Notes under the pieces: generated by a model | What the model was told of the DNA's origin: nothing | Seen by the model: only the letters and a program-made list of their open reading frames with translations | Database searches by the model: none | Assembly: GCA_963674745.2 (NCBI GenBank) | Contig: CAXXDV010000003.1 | Coordinates: 288,001-352,000, forward strand | Source: Desulfosudaceae bacterium | GTDB lineage: Bacteria; Desulfobacterota; Desulfobacteria; Desulfobacterales; Desulfosudaceae | Direction: 5' to 3' | DNA length: 64,000 nt | Program-made: the position numbers and the translations under genes | Shown here: positions 29,515-38,648 of the stretch, piece after piece | How positions within the stretch are numbered: position 1 is the first letter of the stretch | How the letters are laid out: every line of letters begins with the position of its first letter

Positions 29515-30408
29515 TCAGCAAAGGGTCGTGGTCAGAAAAATCAGGCCGAAAGCAATGATAACCAGGCTGGAAAGGATTCTGATAATATGTTCGGCTGTAA
29601 GGGAATGTTTTTTAAGAACCGTCTGCATCATACCGGTTTTGCCCAGGATCACACTGACGGCGACAACCGATATGGTCGAGGCCATGCCCAGGGAAATACA
29701 GGCCGCCAGCACCAGGCCCAGAACCAGGCCGTCCATGGAAATACAGAAGAGCATGACCATGACCACGGCCGGGCAGGGGACCAGCCCTACCGTGCCGGCC
29801 CAGGCCAGCAGCCCTTTTCCGGGTTCGTTCGCAGAAGAATGATCCGGACGGGCGTTGCGGCTTAAAATCAGGTCCCTTGTGCTTTTAAAGAAGATAATCA
29901 GGCCCAGAAGCGTAATCAGGCCGAAGCTGACCACCTGGGTAACGGTGGTCACGTCTCCCAGTGTGTCCGCCACACCCTGCTGCAGCACATAGCGCAGGCC
30001 CAGTACAGCCACGGCCCCTGACAGGCCGTGGACAAAAGCAAAGACAAAGGCAAACAGCAAGCCGCCGGGAATGGACACGTTATGTGACAGGATATATGAC
30101 GAAGAGACAACCTTGCCGTGTCCCGGGCCGGCCGAATGAATGGCACCGTAAGCAAAAGCCAGGGCCAGCAGAAAAATCAGGGCCTTGAAGCTTCGACCGG
30201 CCTGGATTTCCCTGATCAGTTCCGACATTTTCAACTTCAGCTGGTGCTGCCACAGGATGAGCTTGACAAAGACCCGGCTTTTAACCGGCGGTGCCGGGGC
30301 CTCGTGCTGTTTATCCGGGCTGGTGGTAAACGGGTTATGGGACAGGGCCGGACCACCCATGGCGCAGAGTAAGCAGACCAGTAATATGAGGTTGATGGTT
30401 TTTTTCAC
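29515..30408 (-). CDS. NicO/RcnA-type Ni/Co/Zn transporter (ZevB-like)
   Basis: YGAIHSAGPGHGK, FVHGLS, GLVPCP; multi-TM. Confidence 0.8.
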   Translation of the reverse strand: MKKTINLILLVCLLCAMGGPALSHNPFTTSPDKQHEAPAPPVKSRVFVKLILWQHQLKLKMSELIREIQAGRSFKALIFLLALAFAYGAIHSAGPGHGKVVSSSYILSHNVSIPGGLLFAFVFAFVHGLSGAVAVLGLRYVLQQGVADTLGDVTTVTQVVSFGLITLLGLIIFFKSTRDLILSRNARPDHSSANEPGKGLLAWAGTVGLVPCPAVVMVMLFCISMDGLVLGLVLAACISLGMASTISVVAVSVILGKTGMMQTVLKKHSLTAEHIIRILSSLVIIAFGLIFLTTTLC

Positions 30409-31037
30409 GGTTTTTCGCGAAACTCCAGAAACAGCGTCCAGGGGTGAATCATGTCATAATAAATCAGGGTGTCGGGGTCCTCTTTTACGGCGGTTTTAAT
30501 TTCCAGTTTTTGAGTGGCGTTCAGGGATACCGGCCGGCTTTCGGCAAAAAAAATGGCCGAATAATAGGTCGGGTCATAAGTGGCCAGTTTGATTTTTTTG
30601 TAGGTTTCCATGGCGGTTACATGGCAGGGGATAAAAAAAATGTATTCAAGCTTTTTGTCCTTCAGCACCGCGTCAAAGTCGGTGACGTATTTGACATCAA
30701 AGGCCCGGCCGTCAATGGTAATAAAAGTGAAGTAGCTGGATTCGGAAATATAGGAAAACGCCTTTTCCTTGATCGAAGCCACTTCCGGCTTTTCCAGTTG
30801 CCCGTTTTGGTCTTTGTCATGGTCGGCGGCGATCATGGTGGAGAACATGTCGTCAAACTGCCAGTGCATCCGAAAACCGGCCAACCCCCTGTCGTCAAAG
30901 ACCACGTCCACCCGCTGGGCAATAAAGACATGGGGATGCCCGAAGACGGGGGCCGTAAAAAGAGTGATCACTATTGTGATTGCAATCAGGACAATCGCCG
31001 GACGATATGTGAGGCAGGTGTTTTCTTTGTTCAACAT
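30405..31037 (-). CDS. DUF1007 family periplasmic protein (ZevA-like)
   Basis: Signal peptide then HPHVFI, W.FD.MFS, EF-hand-like DKDQNGQLE, YDPTYY. 4-nt overlap with the transporter gene. Confidence 0.85.
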   Translation of the reverse strand: MLNKENTCLTYRPAIVLIAITIVITLFTAPVFGHPHVFIAQRVDVVFDDRGLAGFRMHWQFDDMFSTMIAADHDKDQNGQLEKPEVASIKEKAFSYISESSYFTFITIDGRAFDVKYVTDFDAVLKDKKLEYIFFIPCHVTAMETYKKIKLATYDPTYYSAIFFAESRPVSLNATQKLEIKTAVKEDPDTLIYYDMIHPWTLFLEFREKP

Positions 31038-31164
31038 CAGGGTCGGCCTTTATACCGTTCAAAATTTTTATGCTTATACGATATGTAATTTAGATATCTA
31101 AGACAAGGACTATTGCAAGCCATCACGTTAACGCCTGAACCCCTGGTCATTTGAGTCTGTTCAC

Positions 31165-31282
31165 GTAGGGGCAACACCCTGTGGCTGTCCTTTTCGTTTT
31201 TCGGGCAGGCACGGGGGCCTGCCCCTACATTGTTCATGTGCGTCCACCCCGGCCCGTAGGGGCAACCCCCTGTGGTTGCCCT
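31165..31282. repeat. GTAG-family REP cluster, copy 3 (three units)
   Basis: GTAGGGGCAACACCCTGTGGCTGTCC, GGGCAGGCACGGGGGCCTGCCCCTAC, GTAGGGGCAACCCCCTGTGGTTGCCCT. Confidence 0.8.
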
Positions 31283-31422
31283 TGCACCGGCCAGGAACGG
31301 GGGCCTGCGCGAATAGAGTGGATGAGATAAAAAAGGTGTCCATCCACTATCTTTTCGTGTTTCTGACCAAAAAGAGATAGCTGTGGGTTGGATGGACACG
31401 CTTTTTTTGTCTTTATCGGGCA

Positions 31423-31686
31423 TCAGCCCGATAACCGCATTTCCCGGCCGGTCAGGCGCATGCCGCCTTCACGGGAATATTCGGCCATGGCGACCCGGAT
31501 CTGATGCATTCCTTTGACAACCAGTGACCGCCAGGCATCGGAAATGTCCCAATGCCCGTGGTCGTAGCCGACGATTTCCACCTTGTCGGCTTCAGGGACC
31601 AAGTTTCTGGCTGTTTTGTCAATGATGTCCTGATCTGTAGTAATACCCGGGTCACCCGTCACATAAAGAATAATGCCGGTTTTCAT
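31423..31686 (-). CDS. Small hypothetical protein downstream of a B12 riboswitch (weakly CbiX-chelatase-like)
   Basis: AAGGAG RBS. MKTGIILY... and DA...L..KG...I.V resemble the CbiX fold, but the N-terminal HG motif is absent. Confidence 0.6.
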   Translation of the reverse strand: MKTGIILYVTGDPGITTDQDIIDKTARNLVPEADKVEIVGYDHGHWDISDAWRSLVVKGMHQIRVAMAEYSREGGMRLTGREMRLSG

Positions 31687-31956
31687 GTGGTGTATCTCCT
31701 TTCATGGTTAGTCGATTAAAACGCATACCTTTTCAGAAATATGAACAAAATGGTGACCACCATCCGGTTCAGGCCGGCAGTTATACACGGCTGATTTGGG
31801 TTTTTTTTGGCCGGGCCGGAACCGGATGATGGTCGAACCGGATATCTCATGACGCAATTCTTTAAAATTCATGAAATAATCCGGGTAATGCCGGTCGTTG
31901 TAGTTACAACCAGGTCATAACTGGGTCCTCCTTTATTCGGTTTTAAGGGCTCCAAT

Positions 31957-31996
31957 AAAAAAGCCCTTCAAACACGACAAGCGTGTCTGAAGGGCT
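31957..31996 (-). terminator. Expression-platform terminator of cobalamin riboswitch 1
   Basis: Minus strand AGCCCTTCAGACACG-CTTGT-CGTGTTTGAAGGGCT followed by a T run. Confidence 0.8.
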
Positions 31997-32067
31997 GCAC
32001 CCAGTTTTCTTCACCCTTATGTAAATCTGTCTCGATGCCTGATCACCGCAAAACATCGATTTCATTG

Positions 32068-32243
32068 CCAGGGCAGGTCTTCTGGCTCCCCCGCCTTTTC
32101 AGCGGCCTTCCCATATGACTATAATTATACAGTGGCGCATCCAGGCTGAAAAGGTTCCGGTTTATTATGACCGGACCGGGGTTACAGCGGCGGGACCGCT
32201 CCCGATTCACACGGGATTCCCTATTAAGCTATGTCACCCTGAC
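32068..32243 (-). ncRNA. Cobalamin riboswitch 1
   Basis: Minus strand AATAGGGAATCCCGTGTGAATCGGGAGCGGTCCCGCCGCTGTAA...GCCACTG...GGGAAGGC...B12 box GAGCCAGAAGACCTGCC. Confidence 0.92.
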
Positions 32244-32320
32244 AATATTTTATTAGAATGGCCCGGATTCAGGCTGGCATTTAGAAATAATCTGGGCCCA
32301 TTCTGGTTTGTATATTTAAT

Positions 32321-33580
32321 TTAATCGGTCATGGTATGGATAAAACAACCACCACCGCCACCACCACCACTACCGCCTCCCGGTGCGTTACCGCCGACAA
32401 ATACGACCCGGATGGGGTTTAAGGCGGTGTCAATGGATTCGTCAACGGCATCGGTATTGGTGTTTAAAATATCCACCCGGTGGTCCGTCTGGTTGCAGAC
32501 CCAGAGCAGTCCGTTTACGTCTGTGTAGACACCGGACTCCATGCCGGCGATGTTTTTATTCTCAAGCCCGGTGACGGCCGTGCCAACGGGATTGGCGGCG
32601 GATGGATCAAAGGAGTAGAGGGTATTGTCTCCCCATCCGGCATACCCTACAAAATAACCCCTGGTCGGAGAAACGATGGCCATGCCGGAGATGTTGCCGT
32701 AAGGATGGTCCGTGTCATCACCGTCATCCAGGATGACTTGCGTGCCGTATGTGTCGGGATTAATGACGGCAATACCGCCGGTATATTCGGCTGCATAACG
32801 GCCGACACCTTGAACATAAATTAAGCCATTGGCTGCCAGGTACTGAATCCCTCCCAGGTTCCTGATGTTTACGGGGATGCCTTTCATATCGCCGGTGCCC
32901 CGGCCGGTATCGATCTCCGTGTCTGTGTCGGTATCAAAAACAGCCACGTAGGCGGTGTTGGTCAGCCATGGATCGGGATAGGCCGCCTGTGTCATGCGCT
33001 GCATGGCGATAAACAATTTGTTACCCACGATCACGGCACTTTTCATTTCCGGGCAGCCGTCGCCGTCGTCATAGGCGCTTAAATCCAGTTCGCCGATTTT
33101 AAAACCCGCTTCATCGGCGGCTGAAGGATCAACGATCCAGGCTTTTGTTGAGCCATAGCGAAGAATATACGCTTTTTGACCGCTTGCAAAAACCATATCC
33201 TGGGGGTTGCTGGTCGGATCAGAGGGCGCGTCCAGAGTGGAATACTGCCAGATGGGTGTGGCCGGCGCGTCAATTGAGAACTTGGTGACGTTGTCGGCAA
33301 AATATTTTTCAATGCGATAAAAAAAATTGCCGTATGCGGTCACGGTAATGTCCGATATGGTCGCGGCCAGGTTGTTGCTGGCTGTCCGGGGGCCGCCGAC
33401 CGGGTTGACCGAGATGACCGAATGCGCGCCGGAAGAATAATCGGCTGCGGCCGTGGCCACCACCGCTGTCTGGTCGGCCTGGGCAACCGATCCCACGGGA
33501 ACCAGGATGAAAGCCGTCAACATAATGACGGCCGGTAATAACAGGTAAAGGCTAAATCGTTTTCTCCCTTTTGATTGCAT
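32321..33580 (-). CDS. Exported beta-propeller-like protein with Gly-linker/CFI C-terminal tag
   Basis: GGGAGG RBS before MQSKG; signal peptide; blade-like repeats (NPQDM...KAYILRY, IDTALNP); ends GGGSGGGGGGGCFIHTMTD. Confidence 0.7.
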   Translation of the reverse strand: MQSKGRKRFSLYLLLPAVIMLTAFILVPVGSVAQADQTAVVATAAADYSSGAHSVISVNPVGGPRTASNNLAATISDITVTAYGNFFYRIEKYFADNVTKFSIDAPATPIWQYSTLDAPSDPTSNPQDMVFASGQKAYILRYGSTKAWIVDPSAADEAGFKIGELDLSAYDDGDGCPEMKSAVIVGNKLFIAMQRMTQAAYPDPWLTNTAYVAVFDTDTDTEIDTGRGTGDMKGIPVNIRNLGGIQYLAANGLIYVQGVGRYAAEYTGGIAVINPDTYGTQVILDDGDDTDHPYGNISGMAIVSPTRGYFVGYAGWGDNTLYSFDPSAANPVGTAVTGLENKNIAGMESGVYTDVNGLLWVCNQTDHRVDILNTNTDAVDESIDTALNPIRVVFVGGNAPGGGSGGGGGGGCFIHTMTD

Positions 33581-33611
33581 GAATTTCCTCCCTTTTCTGA
33601 TATTTATATTA

Positions 33612-35672
33612 TCATATGGTGTACTTGATTTTAAATGTGAACGACTTTCCCGGCAGGGGATAGCCGTTAAAATCTTCATACTGATTATCCGTCATATTTT
33701 TTGCTTCGAGGCTGATCAAAACGGATCTGTAAAGCAAGGAAACACCGGCGTTGACTTCTTTTTTATCCGCCGCCTTGAGCAGATTGGCGGTATCGTAATA
33801 CATGTCATTTTCCGTCAGGTATTCGAGAAAAAGTTTGACCCCGGCATATTTCGCCTCCAGGCGTCCCAGGTAGGAAGACTCAAAACGTCCCGGAAGCTGC
33901 TTGCCGTCAAAAACCGGGGTGGGACTCTGGTTTTCCGTGTCCTGAAAAGTGGCATTGGCTGTCAGTCTAAAATATTTGCAAAAATCCATATGCCCCCGGG
34001 CCTCGACCCCGGAGATCAGGGAGCCGGATATATTTTCCGAACGGCCGATGCCGCGGGCATCGTAAACACGGGTGATCAGGTCATCCACATCGTTTCGGAA
34101 ATATACGGCGGAAAATGAGAGGTTGTGGACCGGTGATGAATCAATTTGCCAGTTACATTCAAGGCCGATATCAAAATTGGTGCCTTCTTCAGCCGTCAGG
34201 TCCGTATTGCCGGTGAAGAACCCACGGTCGCCGAACAGTTCAAAAAAAGACGGTTCCCGCTGATATCGGCCCAGATTACTTTTAATGGTAAGCCAGGCAA
34301 GGGGATGATAATCGATACCGATTTGCGGCAGGACATAATCTTCGGTGTTGGAAATGCGGTCATTAACGGAGCTGTCAAGAAAATCCTCGGTGGGGCTGAG
34401 TTTGTCCTTGAGGTGGATATATCGCAGCGCCGGCGTAATCATGACCTGGTCCTGAAGCAAAGCCACCCGGTACTGCAGTCCCAGGGAAAGTTGATCCCGG
34501 TGACTTTTGTCCAGATCAGAACCGGAAAGCAGATTCTCCGGCACGTATTTTTCCCGGTGGGCGTCAACGGTCATGGACAACACGTTGCTGCCGGAGATGC
34601 TCTCCAGGTAGGTGCCGCAACCGTATTTCTCGGTAATATATCTCAATTGCTGGTGTCCCAGGCCGATGGCGCCCTGGCTGTCGTCGTATTCTTCTTTTTT
34701 TCTGGTGTAGTCGATTTTTGTACTGGAGTTGATGCCGTATGATGTCAGATCGTCGGCCGTCAGTTTCAGGGTGCTGATGTGGTATTCCGTATCCAGTGAC
34801 GTATTGGCGTCCGGACTGTTGTTAAATCGCGGCAGTCCCTGGTCTTTGAAAAACCAGTGATGGCTGAAATCGACACGCAGGTGGTCATCGGCATCATAAC
34901 CCAGCTTGGCCAGGATGTTGGCCTGATCAAACTGAGCGTTGTTCCTCTTGACGGTCCGGTCATCGGCCTTGTTGTACTTGGTTTGGTTGTCGTAGGTGAA
35001 TTCAAAATCGTTGTCCGAATCCAGGTAGTCGGCCGAAATCAGGTAATCCCAGTTACCGGGTTTGTGGTTGATAAAACCGGAAAAAGTGCGGGTGTTAAAA
35101 GAACCGAAACCGGTACTGGCGTTCATGTCCAAGGCCTTTCGGCTGCGGATGGTTTTGATGTTGACGACACCTCCGATCGAAGACCTGCCGTAGTTGATCG
35201 GTGCGCTGCCCCGGTAAATCTCTATGGCCGCCACATCCGATAAGGCGATATTGCTCAGGTCGACCCCGCCGCCGGAGGCATCGTTGAGTAAAACCCCGTC
35301 TAAATAAATCATCACCTGCTCGCTGGTGGATCCTCTCAGCGTCATGGTGGAAAAGCTGCCCAAACCGCCGGACTGGCGCACCTGGATACCCGCTTCTTTT
35401 TCAATGACCTCGGCCAGTCCTTCCATTTTGCTTTCAAACTGATCCCGCTGGATAACGGTACAGAAGGTCGATGTGGCGTTGACGTCGACATCGCCGGTCT
35501 GGAAATCAGTGTCCTGGTGCTCTGCTGTTACAATGATGGTATCCATGACCAGCGGTGATGCCGGCGGCTCTTCAGCCGCAACCGGCAATACCGTTTGAAG
35601 GCAGAGCAGCACGGTTGCCATCAGCAGTGTCTGCAGGCGGGAAAAGTGTTTAAAAAAGGCGCTATGTATCAT
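33612..35672 (-). CDS. btuB: TonB-dependent cobalamin receptor (BtuB-like)
   Basis: TonB box DTIIVTA, LRGS..QV..YLDGV, IEIYRG, GGVVNI.T, PSF.EL, N.TD..Y...GYPLPG. Directly under a B12 riboswitch. Confidence 0.8.
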   Translation of the reverse strand: MIHSAFFKHFSRLQTLLMATVLLCLQTVLPVAAEEPPASPLVMDTIIVTAEHQDTDFQTGDVDVNATSTFCTVIQRDQFESKMEGLAEVIEKEAGIQVRQSGGLGSFSTMTLRGSTSEQVMIYLDGVLLNDASGGGVDLSNIALSDVAAIEIYRGSAPINYGRSSIGGVVNIKTIRSRKALDMNASTGFGSFNTRTFSGFINHKPGNWDYLISADYLDSDNDFEFTYDNQTKYNKADDRTVKRNNAQFDQANILAKLGYDADDHLRVDFSHHWFFKDQGLPRFNNSPDANTSLDTEYHISTLKLTADDLTSYGINSSTKIDYTRKKEEYDDSQGAIGLGHQQLRYITEKYGCGTYLESISGSNVLSMTVDAHREKYVPENLLSGSDLDKSHRDQLSLGLQYRVALLQDQVMITPALRYIHLKDKLSPTEDFLDSSVNDRISNTEDYVLPQIGIDYHPLAWLTIKSNLGRYQREPSFFELFGDRGFFTGNTDLTAEEGTNFDIGLECNWQIDSSPVHNLSFSAVYFRNDVDDLITRVYDARGIGRSENISGSLISGVEARGHMDFCKYFRLTANATFQDTENQSPTPVFDGKQLPGRFESSYLGRLEAKYAGVKLFLEYLTENDMYYDTANLLKAADKKEVNAGVSLLYRSVLISLEAKNMTDNQYEDFNGYPLPGKSFTFKIKYTI

Positions 35673-35701
35673 CGTTGAAGTACTCTTTAAGCTGTTATTG
35701 C

Positions 35702-35737
35702 AAAAAAAAACCCCGAATCGATATAATCGATCCGGGG
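35702..35737 (-). terminator. Expression-platform terminator of riboswitch 2
   Basis: Minus strand CCCCGGATCGAT-TAT-ATCGATTCGGGG followed by T9. Confidence 0.8.
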
Positions 35738-35800
35738 AAATCCCTTTTTTATCCTCTGATCTGTCGAAAGAAATCTCTCCACGTGATTTCTTTTTTATAT

Positions 35801-35960
35801 CCAGGCAGGTCTTCTGGCTTTCGGATCATCCTACTGATCGCGCCTTCCCGCCGGAATTCAATGCCGACAGTGGCTGATGCGATGTTCGTTCCCGATTACA
35901 GCGGCGGGCCCGCCCCCGACTTTAACGGGGTTCCCTTTTATGTGCCGAGGCACACCTGAA
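35801..35960 (-). ncRNA. Cobalamin riboswitch 2
   Basis: Minus strand AAAAGGGAACCCCGTTAAAGTCGGGGGCGGGCCCGCCGCTGTAA...GCCACTG...GGGAAGGC...AGCCAGAAGACCTGCC. Confidence 0.92.
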
Positions 35961-36291
35961 TATTATGTCTAAACGTCTGTCTAGCAAACCGAAAAGAAAA
36001 AAGCAATATAATTTTAATATCGGCTTATGACCGGGATATGATGTGACGGAACCGATCACCCGGGCAACAGGGTATCAACACTTTCGAAAAAAAGATCAGC
36101 GTCTGGATTTCTTGTGCTTATTTGACTGGAACGATATTTTGTTTTATAATCAAACATTTCCGATTTTGATTATTTCCATGCCATCATTGCCTCTATATTA
36201 TTGACCTGTGCTTTTAAGAAGCAGAAAAGGATACACTGTTTTATATTTCGGCCAGGAGCGATAAACTCAAAACAACGTGAAAGGAGCAAAA

Positions 36292-36507
36292 ATGGAAAAA
36301 AGCGAAAAAGGATTTGTACCGACATTGTTGCTGTGCCTGTTTTTGGGCGGCCTGGGTGTGCACAGATTTTATGTGGGCAAGATCGGGACGGGTATATTGA
36401 TGCTGTTAACCCTGGGGGGACTGGGGATATGGGTGTTGATAGATCTTATCATGATTGCCGTCGGCTCTTTTAAGGACAAGAAAGGCCTTCCCATAAAAGC
36501 TTCCTGA
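36292..36507 (+). CDS. TM2 domain-containing membrane protein
   Basis: LLCLFLGGLGVHRFYVGKIGTGILMLLTLGGLGIWVLIDLI. AAGGAG RBS. Confidence 0.9.
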   Translation: MEKSEKGFVPTLLLCLFLGGLGVHRFYVGKIGTGILMLLTLGGLGIWVLIDLIMIAVGSFKDKKGLPIKAS

Positions 36508-36710
36508 CGCCGCCGTTCGTTTGTGCTCGATGCCTGACCCCTGAAGTTTATTGTTAAAGGGTGTCTTTTACGCCATTGGTTCTTTTTATATGGCCGGACC
36601 TTCAGGCGCCTCTTGGGGATTTATGCTTTTTCCGGCAAAGGGTTTGCTGTATCTTTATCCGCCCGGCGAGTGCTTGATCATTAAAGAACCATCTTGATCG
36701 GGAACAGGGA

Positions 36711-37508
36711 TTATAAACTGCCTTTATTTAGAAAAATAAAGGGTTTGCCGGACACGGGGTTTTTGCCCACATGAACGTCTGTCCGGTAAATTTCTTTTAG
36801 GGATTGTTCGGTCAGGACTGATTCGGCCGGGCCTGAATGATAAACGCGTTTTTCTTTTCGATCCAAAAGGATCAGCCGATCCGCATATTCCGCGGCCAGG
36901 TTCAGATCGTGCATGACCATGATGACCGTCAGCTTCAGTTCTCGGTTCAGTCGGGAAATCAGGTTCATAATGCGTTGCTGATGGGTAATGTCAAGATGCG
37001 AAGTGGGCTCATCCAGCAGCAGGATTTTCGGTTGCTGGACCAGTGCCCGGGTGATGGCCGTCAATTGCCGTTCACCGCCGCTGATCTCATTCATGCGGGC
37101 ATCTTCAAATTCTGAAATACCGGTCAATTCCATATATTGATCGGCCACTTCCATATCTGTCCGGGATTCAAAAACCTGGTATTTACGAAAAAAAGGAATA
37201 CGTCCCAGTAGCACATATTCCCTTACGGTCAGCAGAGAGGATTGAACGGTCTGACCGACAACCGCCATGACGGCTGCCAGTTCCTTACGGGAATATTTTT
37301 CCAGGGGCCGGGAATCGATATCAATAGCCCCCCGCCCGGGCTTGAGCTGACCGGTCAGGGTTTTTAACAGGGTTGTCTTACCGGCGCCGTTGGGTCCGAT
37401 TATGCCGATGACGTCGCCCTTGGCTATGTCAAAGGTAATGTCCTCGAGAACGGTTTTCCCGGGATACCCACATGAAAGATTGTTCAGTCTTATAAAAATA
37501 TCGCTCAT
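36711..37508 (-). CDS. Cobalamin/iron-chelate ABC transporter ATPase (BtuD/FecE-like)
   Basis: GPNGAGKT, ISGGERQ, LLLDEPTSHLD, HDLNLA. Confidence 0.9.
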   Translation of the reverse strand: MSDIFIRLNNLSCGYPGKTVLEDITFDIAKGDVIGIIGPNGAGKTTLLKTLTGQLKPGRGAIDIDSRPLEKYSRKELAAVMAVVGQTVQSSLLTVREYVLLGRIPFFRKYQVFESRTDMEVADQYMELTGISEFEDARMNEISGGERQLTAITRALVQQPKILLLDEPTSHLDITHQQRIMNLISRLNRELKLTVIMVMHDLNLAAEYADRLILLDRKEKRVYHSGPAESVLTEQSLKEIYRTDVHVGKNPVSGKPFIFLNKGSL

Positions 37509-37517
37509 TGTTGATCC

Positions 37518-37639
37518 GACGGTTTCGTAAAAAGTTCAAGATCAAGGCGCGCAAGGCCCGAGAAATGCAGCGAACTTTTGTACGTGAATTTTCGAGGGGC
37601 GCAGCGCAACGAAGATGTTGGGCTTTTTACTGAATCGTC
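37518..37639. mobile_element. ~120-bp MITE-like element with imperfect terminal inverted repeats
   Basis: GACGGTTTCGTAAAAAGT ... GCTTTTTACTGAATCGTC (reverse complement GACGATTCAGTAAAAAGC). Fills the permease-ATPase gap; non-coding. Confidence 0.6.
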
Positions 37640-37641
37640 TT

Positions 37642-38646
37642 TCATAGGGTGATTTGTTTCTTGCCTAAAATATAAATAAAAATCGTCCCGCCGATAATTC
37701 CGGTTATGACACCTACCGGCAGCTCCAGGGGGGCGATAACGGTGCGGGCGGCCACATCACATAAAACCAGGAAGAAAGAACCGGCCAGAAACGAACTGAT
37801 CAGCAGCAGGCGGTGATCGGTGCCGGTGAGAATCCGCATGGTATGCGGCACGATCAGACCGACAAAACCGATAATACCGGACACGGAGACACTTAAGCCG
37901 GTCAGCAGCGAGGCCAGGATAAACAACCATTTTTTGGTCCGTTCCACGTTGATGCCCAGTGAGGCCGCTTCCTCCTCGCCCAGGGCCAGGGCGTTTAAGT
38001 CCAGGCAGAAAAAATAGCTCATGACCAGGCCGGCCAGGGTGCCGGCTGATACGATTTTCACCAGGGTTATATCCGTAATATCCAGAGAGCCCATGATCCA
38101 GAGCACTATCGTATGAATGTCTTCTGATTTGGAAATCGACATCAGCAGCATGACCAGGGAAGAAGAAACAAAACTGATCATGACGCCGATCAGCAGCATG
38201 TTGTTTGTTTTCAGCGTTCCCGCATTAAGGCTGAGGTAGTAGACCAGCATGATCACGGCGGCAGCACCGGCAAAACCGGAAATGGGATAGGCAATGACGC
38301 CGATGATGCTGTCTAATTTGAAAAGAATATTAATGCATACGCCCAGGGAGGCGCCGCCGAAAATGCCCAGGGTGTAAGGCTCCACCAGGGGATTCCTGAA
38401 CATGCCCTGAAGCAGCGTTCCCGCCAGGCTCAGGGCGCCGCCGACGACGATGCCCAGGAGCAGGCGGGGCAGGCGGATATCAAGCAGGATACTGGACTGG
38501 ATGTTTCCCCGGCCCTCGAAAAGAAGCCCGGGGATGCTTTTGACGGGGATGTCCGCCGATCCCACGCAAAGGGACAGGATCGCGGCGCCGATCAATGCCG
38601 TTGTCAGTCCGGCCAGGGTGGTGATAATTTTTGTTTTTCTGCGCAT
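37642..38646 (-). CDS. Cobalamin/iron-chelate ABC permease (BtuC/FecCD family)
   Basis: DIRLPR, QGMFRNPLVEPY.LG, LGEEEA.SLG, GIIGFVGLIVPH, ELPVG. Confidence 0.92.
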   Translation of the reverse strand: MRRKTKIITTLAGLTTALIGAAILSLCVGSADIPVKSIPGLLFEGRGNIQSSILLDIRLPRLLLGIVVGGALSLAGTLLQGMFRNPLVEPYTLGIFGGASLGVCINILFKLDSIIGVIAYPISGFAGAAAVIMLVYYLSLNAGTLKTNNMLLIGVMISFVSSSLVMLLMSISKSEDIHTIVLWIMGSLDITDITLVKIVSAGTLAGLVMSYFFCLDLNALALGEEEAASLGINVERTKKWLFILASLLTGLSVSVSGIIGFVGLIVPHTMRILTGTDHRLLLISSFLAGSFFLVLCDVAARTVIAPLELPVGVITGIIGGTIFIYILGKKQITL

Positions 38647-38648
38647 GA

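Noticed and set aside
35675..35959. ORFs over riboswitches (also 32115-32324, 41430-41723)
   Set aside because: They coincide with cobalamin riboswitch sequence and are not credible proteins.
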